Positions 1 through 8,371 of a DNA stretch of 48,112 nucleotides are shown here, one piece after another. The DNA comes from Candidatus Nanosyncoccus sp. Lineage in GTDB: Bacteria > Patescibacteriota > Saccharimonadia > Saccharimonadales > Saccharimonadaceae. The notes under the pieces are model-generated. The model saw only the letters and a list, made by a program, of their open reading frames with translations. It made no database searches and was not told the origin of the DNA. Both the position numbers and the translations under genes were made by a program. Each line of letters starts with the position of its first letter. Positions within the stretch are counted from its first letter, which is position 1. The stretch lies in contig JAZRPP010000014.1 of the NCBI GenBank assembly GCA_045649285.1, positions 1-48,112 of the forward strand, written 5' to 3'.

Positions 1-1051
1 AGCTTGCTTACTAAGTATCTAGTGCCATCACGAGTATCTGTGAGGGTCACTCGTGGGACGTAGCTGGTGTTGCCGATGTGGGTGCCATCTGCATCGGCCT
101 GGGTGGCTGCGTTGGTGGGTGTAGTGGTAGCTGTACAGATAGCGCTGGTCATTTCTTGCATAGTGGTAATGGCGAAGATACCAGAGGAAGCTTGCCACTG
201 GGCATGGAGGACGGTGTTTTGGGTGGGTGAGTAAGCGTCTCCGATGCCACCTATTCTAGTACCACCAGTGGATTCTGTATACCAGCCAAGGAATTGGTAG
301 CCAGTCCTAATAGGAGTAGGTAGGCTAGTGGAGGTACCGAGTGGTACTACTTCAGAGCTTGGGGAGACTGTGCCGCCGTTTGGATCGTAAGTGATAGTAT
401 GGCCGTTAGCAGTGGAGGGGTGGACCATGATGTATTTTACTTGGCCAGTGTAGGTACCGGTCATCTGCTCTAGGTTAGTATAGACGGCATAAGTGGTAGT
501 AACGGAAGAGCCGGCAGTGGAGTCTGTGGCATCGCCATAACTGGCTACTTTGGTATAGTCGCTGGGGACAGTGTGGTAGTTATCAAAGTTATTAGCAATA
601 GTAGGAGTGGTGGGGCCTTGGACAGCTTGGACTCGCATGGACCAGTTGGAGGTAGGGCCGCTGGTGGCGGTACCGGTAGCGATATCGTAGGCTGGGTTGT
701 CTGCTGAGGCGAGGACGGTTTTGCCGGCGGTATTGTCTGTGTAGCCGATAGCATAGAGAGCATAACCGTTAATATCATTACAGACGGTTTTGATAGTAGT
801 CTGACCAATACCCTCCGTGTTGATACCGGGGGCGACAGTGGCAGTGTGGTCGCTATCTATTGTGGCAGATAGAGCACAAGAAGTGGCAATAGTTACGTTT
901 AGTTGGTCTGAGGAGCTTTCTTCAGCATGGGTAGCTGGGTTAGTTAGCAGTACGGTTGCTAATCCTAATAAAATTACCCCCCCCCCGCAGCAGCTAGATC
1001 TAGGATGCTAGCCCGACCTAGTTTTCCACAAGAGCTTTTCGTGAGTTTCAT
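1..1051 (-). pseudogene. Secreted surface protein (InlB B-repeat/Listeria-Bacteroides repeat, then start of a FISUMP-like domain), frameshifted at a G10 tract in the signal peptide; runs off the left edge
   Basis: ATG at 1051 after GAGAGG reads MKLTKSSCGKLGRASILDLAAAGGG then TAA (976-974). The shifted frame continues VILLGLATVLLTNPATHA-EE... and stays open to base 1, including ITYDPNGG..PTPIRTGYQFLGWYTESTGG and LTDTRDGTRYLVSK. Missing from the ORF track. Confidence 0.8.
977..986 (-). repeat. G10 homopolymer (C10 on +) in signal-peptide codons
   Basis: aaatta-cccccccccc-gcag; 8 or 11 G would restore the frame. Confidence 0.9.
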
Positions 1052-1222
1052 TTTCTTTTGCCTCTCTTTACTTTAGTAACTTATGCTTATGTAGTTTATT
1101 TTAGCTGATTTTTTGAAAAATGCAAGGGGGCGGATTTTGGCGAAATTGTGATATAATTATAGAGTAGGTGAAACTACGCTCTTTTTATTGCTGGTCACAT
1201 TTTATCTAGGGAGGGACAAGAC

Positions 1223-1681
1223 ATGAAGATAAAAATTGGCAAGAAAGTTTATTTACAAAAGTATGAAGTAGCATTTATTATGCATGAGCTTGAGAGTTTT
1301 CCGGCGAGTATATTTGATGAGGTGATGAAAGGCAATAAATTCTTTTCTGTGAATGGCCCAGACGATGCTCTTAAATTTGGATGCGTGTTTACAAAGAATG
1401 AGAGTGTCGAATGGCTGATGGAGCAGGATTGGATTGTCGATTACGACCGATACGCGGAGACACCAATTCCAGAATTGCAGGCCATAATTGAATTACTCAT
1501 GGGAGAACATAATGCGGAGGTTGAAAAATTCAACTCTCGGAGCGAAAAATACAGAATATCGCATTACAACAAAGCAAATGAGGATTTTGGTAAAAAAGCT
1601 CATAAAATTATGTCGCTTCGCGATATGGTGGCCGCCCGCAAGGGTGATGTCACATTTACTTTTCCGAATGGATATGAATAA
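1223..1681 (+). CDS. Hypothetical protein
   Basis: 152 aa ORF, GGGAGGG RBS, TGATATAAT upstream, terminator downstream. Confidence 0.8.
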   Translation: MKIKIGKKVYLQKYEVAFIMHELESFPASIFDEVMKGNKFFSVNGPDDALKFGCVFTKNESVEWLMEQDWIVDYDRYAETPIPELQAIIELLMGEHNAEVEKFNSRSEKYRISHYNKANEDFGKKAHKIMSLRDMVAARKGDVTFTFPNGYE

Positions 1682-1762
1682 AAAGATATCCAAGAAAAAT
1701 CTAATTGCAGTACCAGCAAAGAAACAAAGAAGTCTAGCTTCTTTACCCGGCTACTAAGCCGC

Positions 1763-1786
1763 AGCGCCCAGTGATGGGCGCTTTTT
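1763..1786 (+). terminator. Intrinsic terminator
   Basis: AGCGCCCA-gtga-TGGGCGCT followed by a T run. Confidence 0.75.
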
Positions 1787-1789
1787 CTA

Positions 1790-1994
1790 GGTGATGAGGG
1801 GCATCAGATAGGAGGGGGCAGTAGATTTGCTAGCGCAAATCTACACTTTTCTGCGTCATTCGGAAAAAGAAAAAATAATTTTTCTTTTTCACTCATTTCC
1901 TTGAAAGGGCGAACCCCTACGGGGTTCGTACCCCTCACATTATCCTTCAGAAATTAAATAAAGACCCTGCGGGTCTTTCTTTAATTTCTGGTGG
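1790..1994. repeat. tRNA-Val(TAC)-linked multi-hairpin mini-element
   Basis: Starts GGTGATGAGGG (as tRNA 8276-8286), carries three hairpins plus the 20-bp-stem hairpin 1948-1990, and ends TGGTGG. Same architecture as 46864-47118; collapsed copy at 3561-3634. Confidence 0.7.
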
Positions 1995-2201
1995 GATACG
2001 AGGGTAGTATTTTACACACAAAGAGCCTAGAGGACAGGTTGAAGTCTATTATAACAGAGATAAACGAGGAGGTGGATTATTGGTATTATCTACTAGAGCC
2101 AGCGTATAATCGTTACTTATCATCGAGAGAATAACTAAGGTGAGGGATATGCATATTATATATAGTTAGAGTTATTCATTTAGTGAAAGTGTGATATTAT
2201 T

Positions 2202-2945
2202 ATGCTAATGGTTGTTAAGAACAAAGTAGCGAAGGGTACATCTAAGAAGGCTACAGTGATTACTGGCGTAGCTGTGGCGACTGCCGTTGGGCTTGGTGGA
2301 TATGGAGTGGGTGTATCTTTATCGGATAGCTTGCGGGATACACCGGAAAACTATACTGTAACAGAGCAAGATTTAGGGGTTTTGGAAGAAAAAGTTTCTT
2401 CATTAAAAGTAAGAAGAAATGAAAAATCTATACCAGAATATAGCCGTGATTCCCTACCGACTGATTGGAAAGACTTGGATGGGAATGGATGTAATACTAG
2501 AGAAGATATATTGAAAAAATATACCAGCGAATATACTGGGCGATTTGATGGTTGCAAAATAAAATCTGGGAAATTTTACGATTATTATAATGGGAAATTC
2601 TTAAGATATGATAAAAGTGTGGATACTGGTGGAGGCATACAGATAGACCATATTGTAGCAATTGGTAATGCTTGGATTTCTGGTGGATATAAGTGGGGCA
2701 AAGATGAGTGGATTAGTTATATAAATGATGAGGAGGTGCTTATCCCCACATCTTCAAAGACGAATCGTGAAAAAAGTGATAAAGATATAACTGAGTGGAA
2801 GCCTGCAAATAATAGCTATCTTTGCACCTATGCGGAGAAACAGGTAGAGATTAAAGATAAATATAAGCTGACAGTAACTGAAAAAGAAAAAGCTGAATTA
2901 AAATCTATTTTGAATAATGATTGCGTAGTGGAAGCCGGGTCTTAG
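2202..2945 (+). CDS. Membrane-anchored HNH nuclease (DUF1524-like)
   Basis: N-terminal hydrophobic segment; motifs CNTREDIL, QIDHIV..AW.SG..W, N..KSD...W.P.N....C.YA. Confidence 0.8.
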   Translation: MLMVVKNKVAKGTSKKATVITGVAVATAVGLGGYGVGVSLSDSLRDTPENYTVTEQDLGVLEEKVSSLKVRRNEKSIPEYSRDSLPTDWKDLDGNGCNTREDILKKYTSEYTGRFDGCKIKSGKFYDYYNGKFLRYDKSVDTGGGIQIDHIVAIGNAWISGGYKWGKDEWISYINDEEVLIPTSSKTNREKSDKDITEWKPANNSYLCTYAEKQVEIKDKYKLTVTEKEKAELKSILNNDCVVEAGS

Positions 2946-3376
2946 TTTCTGCTGTGTGAGGGATTTGCGAATGATTTGTCCTAGTAATTCGTAATTGTGG
3001 CGGAAGGCTTTGTCGCTGGCGATAATCATTTCTTCTGGAGTAATATTACTAAAATCTAGGTCATAACCTGCTCGCCGAGCGAGTTCTGTAATAAATAGCC
3101 TCTGAACTCTGCCGTTCCCTTCCCTGAACGGATGAATACTATTGAGGTCACCTAGATAGTAGGCTAACCTCTCGGTGATATTATCGGAGTCCGTGAGGTA
3201 GTTTTCAAATTTTAACTACTACTAAACTGAACTGCTTTAAGACCGGTGATTTCCCTCTCGGCTCCGTCTAGAGTTTCCCAATCTTTGATGTTTAATTTAT
3301 TTTTGAGAATGCCGTTATCTGGATAGCAATAAAAATCGTCTCGTTCGTATTCATAAGATAGTGGAATTCCGTTCAC
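2905..3376 (-). pseudogene. Fic-family toxin with internal deletion and frameshift
   Basis: GTG at 3376 gives ...YCYPDNGILKNKLNI...AEREIT...FSSS*; another frame resumes LKFENYL...LNSIHPFREGNGRVQR (Fic motif). The middle of the domain is missing; junction near 3213-3220. Confidence 0.85.
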
Positions 3377-3540
3377 TAGGACCTCTTGTAGCGAGCGATA
3401 GCATTTTTAATGGCTGAATCGAAAGAGGTCTTGCCGGAGAGGCAATCTCGCATAACCTTTTTCTCACTATTAGAAAACTTCATTCCTTCTATGGCGAAGT
3501 TGGATTCAACAGATTTGATGATTTTGTCGCTTCTACTCAT
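3376..3540 (-). CDS. VbhA/FicA-like antitoxin (54 aa)
   Basis: MSRSDKIIKSVESNFAIEGMKFS...; xxxxEG inhibitory-type motif; stop overlaps the Fic start; TGATATAAT 7 nt upstream of ATG 3540. Confidence 0.8.
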   Translation of the reverse strand: MSRSDKIIKSVESNFAIEGMKFSNSEKKVMRDCLSGKTSFDSAIKNAIARYKRS

Positions 3541-3560
3541 TAGTATAATTATATCATAAA

Positions 3561-3634
3561 TGATGAGGGGCATCAGATTTTTGCCTTCAGAAATTAAAGA
3601 AAGACCCTGCGGGTCTTTCTTTAATTTCTGGTGG
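3561..3634. repeat. Collapsed copy of the 1790-1994 element with a perfect 20-bp-stem hairpin
   Basis: TGATGAGGGGCATCAGAT (= 1792-1809), then CAGAAATTAAAGAAAGACCC-tgc-GGGTCTTTCTTTAATTTCTG (3588-3630; one mismatch to 1948-1990). Confidence 0.85.
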
Positions 3635-3710
3635 GGCTTTATTCGCCAGGTATTAACAGTATATAGGGAGGAGACGCAGAAAAAGCTATATATGCTATAA
3701 TTATTTGTAT

Positions 3711-4868
3711 ATGAGAAATAATGAATCAGCAAGTAATAACAGTGGGCAAAATAATAATAAATGGGATTCATTGGCTAATCTTGAAGATGAAAATTTTTTA
3801 AAATTCAAAGCAACTAAACTTGGAAATGTATACGTAATTTACGACGAGTTTATAAAAGAAGCAGCGAATAATGGCTTAAATGAGCGAATTATGCCAATTG
3901 ACAATGAGACGATAGAGCGTTTGGCAGAGTATGCTACCGATTTATCGTACGACAAGGATGCCAGCACGGTTAGGGATGAAATATATAAGTCAATATACGA
4001 TGTTAAAAATCTAGCACCAATAGAGGGTAGGACGGAACTTATATTGTCAGATTATGATAACATTGAGACACATAACCAAGATTCTTCCTATAAATGGGTA
4101 GAAGTAAATGGTGGGTGTGGACAGTGTCAATCCCGTTTTTATATTGCCCCAACAGCAAATAATACTCACGGAGTAATACGGCAATTAGCACAGACCTTCT
4201 CTGATAATGATACGCCAGTGTCTTTCAAATACAAATTAAGCACCGCTAAACATACCAATCACTGTGATAGGATTATTATTTATAACGGAGTGGGTAAAAA
4301 AGAAGAAGTAGAGCGAGGCATCTCCGATATATACAAAAATAATCCAGAGTTATTTGATGGTGCAGAACGCTCTCCTGTATGGATAGGCGATTCTAGTATT
4401 CCTGGGGTGTATTTTGCTCCAGAGACACCTGGGTATTCATACGGCAATAGAGCGATGCAAGCACTCCGTGCAGCAAAATCTACCAGCGACTTTTTGTGGA
4501 GCAATATGCCAACTCCTGACCATCAAGAACTCAAAGATATAATGAAAATACTAATACCTTCAATAATGTTCAGATATGGGCTTTTTGCTACAAATGATGG
4601 GTGGCCTCTTTGCCTTACGACTCATTTGGCGGATGCATCGCTAGGACTATTTTTTGAAAAGATAACAAAAATTAGACATCCACAATCTACCGATGAATTG
4701 ATAGTTTATGGAGATTTGCACCACGAAAAGTATTCGTATGAGGACCGTGAGTATGAAGTAACTTTTTCTCAATCAAGAGAAGGAAAAGAAGCATTTTTGG
4801 AAAATTTCTATGGCTTTAACTTAAATAACGACAATCCAACACCCGGAATGACTAGAAAAATTATTTGA
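3711..4868 (+). CDS. HopA1-like domain protein
   Basis: Motif order RFYI..., VSFKYK..., DRIIIY, SPVW....PGVYFAPE.P..SYG.R resembles the HopA1 family; low-complexity N-terminus. Family call by eye. Confidence 0.55.
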   Translation: MRNNESASNNSGQNNNKWDSLANLEDENFLKFKATKLGNVYVIYDEFIKEAANNGLNERIMPIDNETIERLAEYATDLSYDKDASTVRDEIYKSIYDVKNLAPIEGRTELILSDYDNIETHNQDSSYKWVEVNGGCGQCQSRFYIAPTANNTHGVIRQLAQTFSDNDTPVSFKYKLSTAKHTNHCDRIIIYNGVGKKEEVERGISDIYKNNPELFDGAERSPVWIGDSSIPGVYFAPETPGYSYGNRAMQALRAAKSTSDFLWSNMPTPDHQELKDIMKILIPSIMFRYGLFATNDGWPLCLTTHLADASLGLFFEKITKIRHPQSTDELIVYGDLHHEKYSYEDREYEVTFSQSREGKEAFLENFYGFNLNNDNPTPGMTRKII

Positions 4869-4918
4869 CCAAGGGATTTAACAGAATGCAAAGAAGATTA
4901 GTATGATACAATTGAAGT

Positions 4919-6022
4919 ATGGAACAGTTAAACGAGCACAAAAATACATCGCAACTACCAAATGATAATGGTTGGTCAGAATTTCCGCCATTTCAAGGTA
5001 ATAAGTCGGCCGAACAGAATGATTCAACGAGCGAAACAGTCAAAGACGCTCCAGATTATTTGTCGGATATCGATCCAGCTCGTCGCAGAGAGATAATAGA
5101 TTCTTCCGCCGAGATGACACGTGTCATTCCTGGTGCAATGATATTTGGCGGGAACGCGAATCGCATTCTTTATGAAGCATATACTGGTAAGACTATGTTC
5201 GGTGTAGGTAAAAACGATGCTGATATTTATGTTCCGCAAGCTGTATTTGACCAGCTTTTGATTGAGCAACCTGTGGGCTACGAATTAGATCGTGAACTCG
5301 ACGAAAATGGAAAAGAAAAATGGATTCGTCCGCAAGAAGGGTATCTTGTGCTGACGAATCTAACTACTGGCGACCACATCGATACACAGAGTGTTGACGA
5401 TTCGCATAAATCAACTGAAGTAGAAATAGATGGAAAAATGGTTAGGGTTCAGTCTTTGACTGACCAAATTAACGATAAAATTCGGTTGATGTTTGAAACG
5501 GATGGCCTAAAAGGCATTCCTATAGACCCAATTCATAACCCGGATCCAATTAGTAAATATGGGGTTTATGCACAATACATTTTAGAAATGGCAGACTCAG
5601 AACGAGGACAGGCGGAGCTTGCTAAGCACGCTGATGAATTACCAGGAGACTGGCAAGAGACTATAGAGATAATGGCTAGCCAGGGTAAATACGGTAAACC
5701 TGTGAGTCAAGAGAAACGTGATGCATTCCAAGAAAAAATGGAAGCTTGGAAAAAAATCCAAGAAACTATGAAGCAAATTCAAGAACGGATGATGAGTGAT
5801 TTAAGAGATTATTATAAATCCAATCATGGTAAGGCGCCAGAGAAGTACAGTGTAGAGTTACCCGGTTTAATGGAAGGATTTGAGAGCATAGTAAATGAAG
5901 CGTTGGGGGAATCGTCTAGTTCGAACGATTTTATCCAGAAGATTATCGGCAGGATGTCTGATAGCGAAAAGAAGGCTATTAAGGATAGAATAAAAAGTCT
6001 TGCAATGAAAAGCGATACTTAG
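4919..6022 (+). CDS. Putative nucleotidyltransferase-fold protein
   Basis: IFGGNA...NDADIYV and VRVQSLTDQINDK resemble Pol-beta-superfamily NTases; TGATACAAT 6 nt before ATG. Confidence 0.5.
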   Translation: MEQLNEHKNTSQLPNDNGWSEFPPFQGNKSAEQNDSTSETVKDAPDYLSDIDPARRREIIDSSAEMTRVIPGAMIFGGNANRILYEAYTGKTMFGVGKNDADIYVPQAVFDQLLIEQPVGYELDRELDENGKEKWIRPQEGYLVLTNLTTGDHIDTQSVDDSHKSTEVEIDGKMVRVQSLTDQINDKIRLMFETDGLKGIPIDPIHNPDPISKYGVYAQYILEMADSERGQAELAKHADELPGDWQETIEIMASQGKYGKPVSQEKRDAFQEKMEAWKKIQETMKQIQERMMSDLRDYYKSNHGKAPEKYSVELPGLMEGFESIVNEALGESSSSNDFIQKIIGRMSDSEKKAIKDRIKSLAMKSDT

Positions 6023-6033
6023 CTAAATTTTTA

Positions 6034-6188
6034 GGGATTTAACCGCTAAAATAATAGAGATAAAATACATTTTTTGAATTTTTTGTAGCAAAAATGACAT
6101 AAAAATAGCCCTCTATACTAACGAGGGATTTAACAGACATTCATAGATTAGCAAATAGTTGAAAATTATTTTATAAACCGTCTGGTGG
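6034..6188. repeat. ~155 bp right arm, copy 1 (copy 2 at 8120-8276; partial copy at 46806-46869)
   Basis: GGGATTTAAC...AAAATGRCATAAAAATAGCCCTCTAT...GAGGGATTTAACAGRCATT...AAATTATTTTATAAACCGTYTGGTGGG. Confidence 0.9.
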
Positions 6189-6206
6189 GGCTCTATTAAC
6201 CAGGTT

Positions 6207-7130
6207 TTAACAATATATAGAGAAGAGATCCCTCGCTTTTTTCATGATCTGCTTTCTAAGTAAAAACTTATCTAGTATCAATAGGTTATCGTTCTCACAC
6301 TTTTTACCAAATAGTCGTTCTAGTCTTTGCTGGACACCATCGCCACCGAAGTAAATATAGCTCTTGCCCTCTTCCAGCAATATGACGTTCATTATCCATT
6401 CTGGATATCTAGTAAAGACTTCTTTCATTTTTTTGTAGTCGAAATTATCTAGATTTAGCACTATTATTTGCCCGATAGCCTCCGGCAACATTCCGGCTTT
6501 TTCTATTTTTAAGTCGTCCTTGATAGCTTTTTCAAGATCTTTCATAATTTCGGACTCACATGCGGAAAAATACTCTTTGTAAAAATTTTCAGGAACACTG
6601 CCTAGCCTCAACAATTCACTATATGCATTGCGATCACGATTCGTAGTAATACTAGCCTTTAGATTAAGCGTGTTATCCAAAATGCCCGCAATTAATAATT
6701 TGCAAATATCAATATCAAGCATCTCGGTGTGCCCAGACCGAATGATTTTCTCGTAAATTAGAGTACAAACGGAACCAATAAACTCAATCTGAGTTTTGAT
6801 ATTCTGATAGTTTTTCCAATAATCTTCAAAGCCTGTATGATGGTCTATTACTTCGACAAGATTATCGTTTGTGACTCGCTCATCGAAAAAACCAGGATTA
6901 GATGTATCTAGCACGATATATTTCGCCTCTTTTGATATATCTACCGGATCAAGATGGTATTTTAGCTCCAAAATAAGGGGCGGGATACTCTGATTAAGCG
7001 TCGATAGGGTAGAAGCGGTTGCATTGTTTCCTTGTTTTTTTAATAGTTCACGATAAGCTACGATGCTGGCATATGCATCAATGTCTATATATTTACGACC
7101 AGAGGTAACTACGATATCGCTTTTTAGCAT
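6207..7130 (-). CDS. DHH-family phosphoesterase, family II (Mn-dependent) inorganic pyrophosphatase-like
   Basis: DIDAYAS, VIDHH, IGSVCTLI, GILDNTLN, C-terminal LLRKQI. Confidence 0.85.
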   Translation of the reverse strand: MLKSDIVVTSGRKYIDIDAYASIVAYRELLKKQGNNATASTLSTLNQSIPPLILELKYHLDPVDISKEAKYIVLDTSNPGFFDERVTNDNLVEVIDHHTGFEDYWKNYQNIKTQIEFIGSVCTLIYEKIIRSGHTEMLDIDICKLLIAGILDNTLNLKASITTNRDRNAYSELLRLGSVPENFYKEYFSACESEIMKDLEKAIKDDLKIEKAGMLPEAIGQIIVLNLDNFDYKKMKEVFTRYPEWIMNVILLEEGKSYIYFGGDGVQQRLERLFGKKCENDNLLILDKFLLRKQIMKKARDLFSIYC

Positions 7131-7132
7131 AG

Positions 7133-7990
7133 CTAATCCCCGTTATTTAAATAAGTTGTATCATTGAGCCGCTTTAGCCCCTTAATCGGGTCTATTTTTT
7201 CTAAGGCCGTGCGCTTTGTGATTGCCGTTTCGCGCAATATATCAAAACGTTCTTGTTTGCCAACGCCTTTTCTAATAAGGTCGGCGTTCTGCAATTGCAA
7301 TTCTTCCAAAATCAACAGTTCTATAATGCTCGCTGAATCACGTAGATTCTCTTTTCGTTTTGCCCGTTTCGGATTATTGCTTCTCCAATCTGCCGCTGTT
7401 ATTCCGAACACTGCAAGATTTAGAATATCAGCTTCGTCTGCATACTGATATTTAGCTCTCCACGGCAAAACTTTAGGGATTATCTCATCTTTTACGGCGT
7501 CGGTATGTGCAATATAGGTAGAACTTGCTAAAAATCTACGCACATTCCACTCCAATTGATATTGATTCGTTTCTATTGCTTTTAGCCGCTCGTAATCCTT
7601 GATTAGGTATAACTTAAATGCTGGACTAATCCACATGCCAAATTCAAAAGCAATATCTTTTTGCGCGTATGTACCACCATATCTACCAGCAACAGCACGT
7701 AAGCCAATGGCGTTTGTCTTCTCCGTCCACTCCTTTACGCTTATATTGAAATTATTTAAGCCAGCTTGTTTTCTAATTAGGTCGAATTCGTTCCAATTAA
7801 AATCAGGGTTATTCATAGATTCCCAGATTCCCAAGAATTCTACCGTATTCCTATTTCTCAGCCAACTCTTAACGAAGAATGCCCCCTCTTTACTTCTTAT
7901 CATATCAGTTAATGATAAGTAATCCTCCCCGTTAAATTCCTTAACTGAGATTTCATTATCCTCCACTTTTAGAATTCGTTTCTTAAACAT
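7133..7990 (-). CDS. KilA-N domain DNA-binding protein
   Basis: DYLSLTDM, WLRNRNTVEFLGIWE, GRYGGTYA.KDIAFEF..WISP.FKLY; start MFKKR placed by TGGTATAAT-N6-ATG. Confidence 0.9.
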   Translation of the reverse strand: MFKKRILKVEDNEISVKEFNGEDYLSLTDMIRSKEGAFFVKSWLRNRNTVEFLGIWESMNNPDFNWNEFDLIRKQAGLNNFNISVKEWTEKTNAIGLRAVAGRYGGTYAQKDIAFEFGMWISPAFKLYLIKDYERLKAIETNQYQLEWNVRRFLASSTYIAHTDAVKDEIIPKVLPWRAKYQYADEADILNLAVFGITAADWRSNNPKRAKRKENLRDSASIIELLILEELQLQNADLIRKGVGKQERFDILRETAITKRTALEKIDPIKGLKRLNDTTYLNNGD

Positions 7991-8270
7991 ATTACTATTA
8001 TACCATATCTGGAGATTAGATAAAAAACAAGTACCCAAGTTCAATCATCAAGTGCAACTTTTCGGGAGCCAAAGTAGTTAGGCGAGCTGGCATTCAGCTC
8101 CCCGCCGAACAAATTGTTGGGGATTTAACCAACGAATTCATAGGGGTAAGTTATGGTTTTTGACATATTTTTATCGTAAAAATGGCATAAAAATAGCCCT
8201 CTATTTTAACGAGGGATTTAACAGGCATTTACTGGTTACGGAATAGTTAGAAATTATTTTATAAACCGTT

Positions 8271-8347
8271 TGGTGGGTGATGAGGGAGTTGAACCCCCGA
8301 CCTTCTCGGTGTAAACGAGACGCTCTAGCCAGCTGAGCTAATCACCC
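8271..8347 (-). tRNA. tRNA-Val(TAC)
   Basis: GGGTGATTAGCTCAG...TCTCG-TTTACAC-CGAGA...GGTTCAACTCC...CACCA. Confidence 0.95.
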
Positions 8348-8371
8348 GCTCAGATTATTATAGCATAGATA

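Larger units (their letters stand above)
3629..6182. mobile_element. Putative non-autonomous tRNA-Val cargo unit 2
   Basis: Left arm TGGTGGGGCTTTATTCGCCAGGTATTAAC; right arm 6034-6182 is a near-copy of 8120-8270. Confidence 0.65.
6183..8270. mobile_element. Putative non-autonomous tRNA-Val cargo unit 1
   Basis: Left arm TGGTGGGGCTCTATTAACCAGGTTTTAAC; right arm abuts the tRNA-Val CCA end. Confidence 0.65.

Noticed and set aside
545-1011. ORF-track entries 545-808 and 817-1011
   Set aside because: Alternative frames of the frameshifted surface-protein gene.
1989-2010. Additional tRNA gene at TGGTGGGATACGAGGG
   Set aside because: Only an acceptor-end-like fragment; no cloverleaf follows.
3541-3771. 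131-aa version of the antitoxin ORF
   Set aside because: The extension crosses a hairpin, a cassette arm and the divergent gene start; a promoter sits directly before ATG 3540.
6125-6165. dif/pdif (XerCD) site
   Set aside because: ATTTAAC matches the start of a XerD arm, but the 11-6-11 structure is absent.
3629-8270. Classical integron
   Set aside because: No IntI tyrosine recombinase and no attC-type palindromes; only the 7-bp core resembles GTTRRRY.
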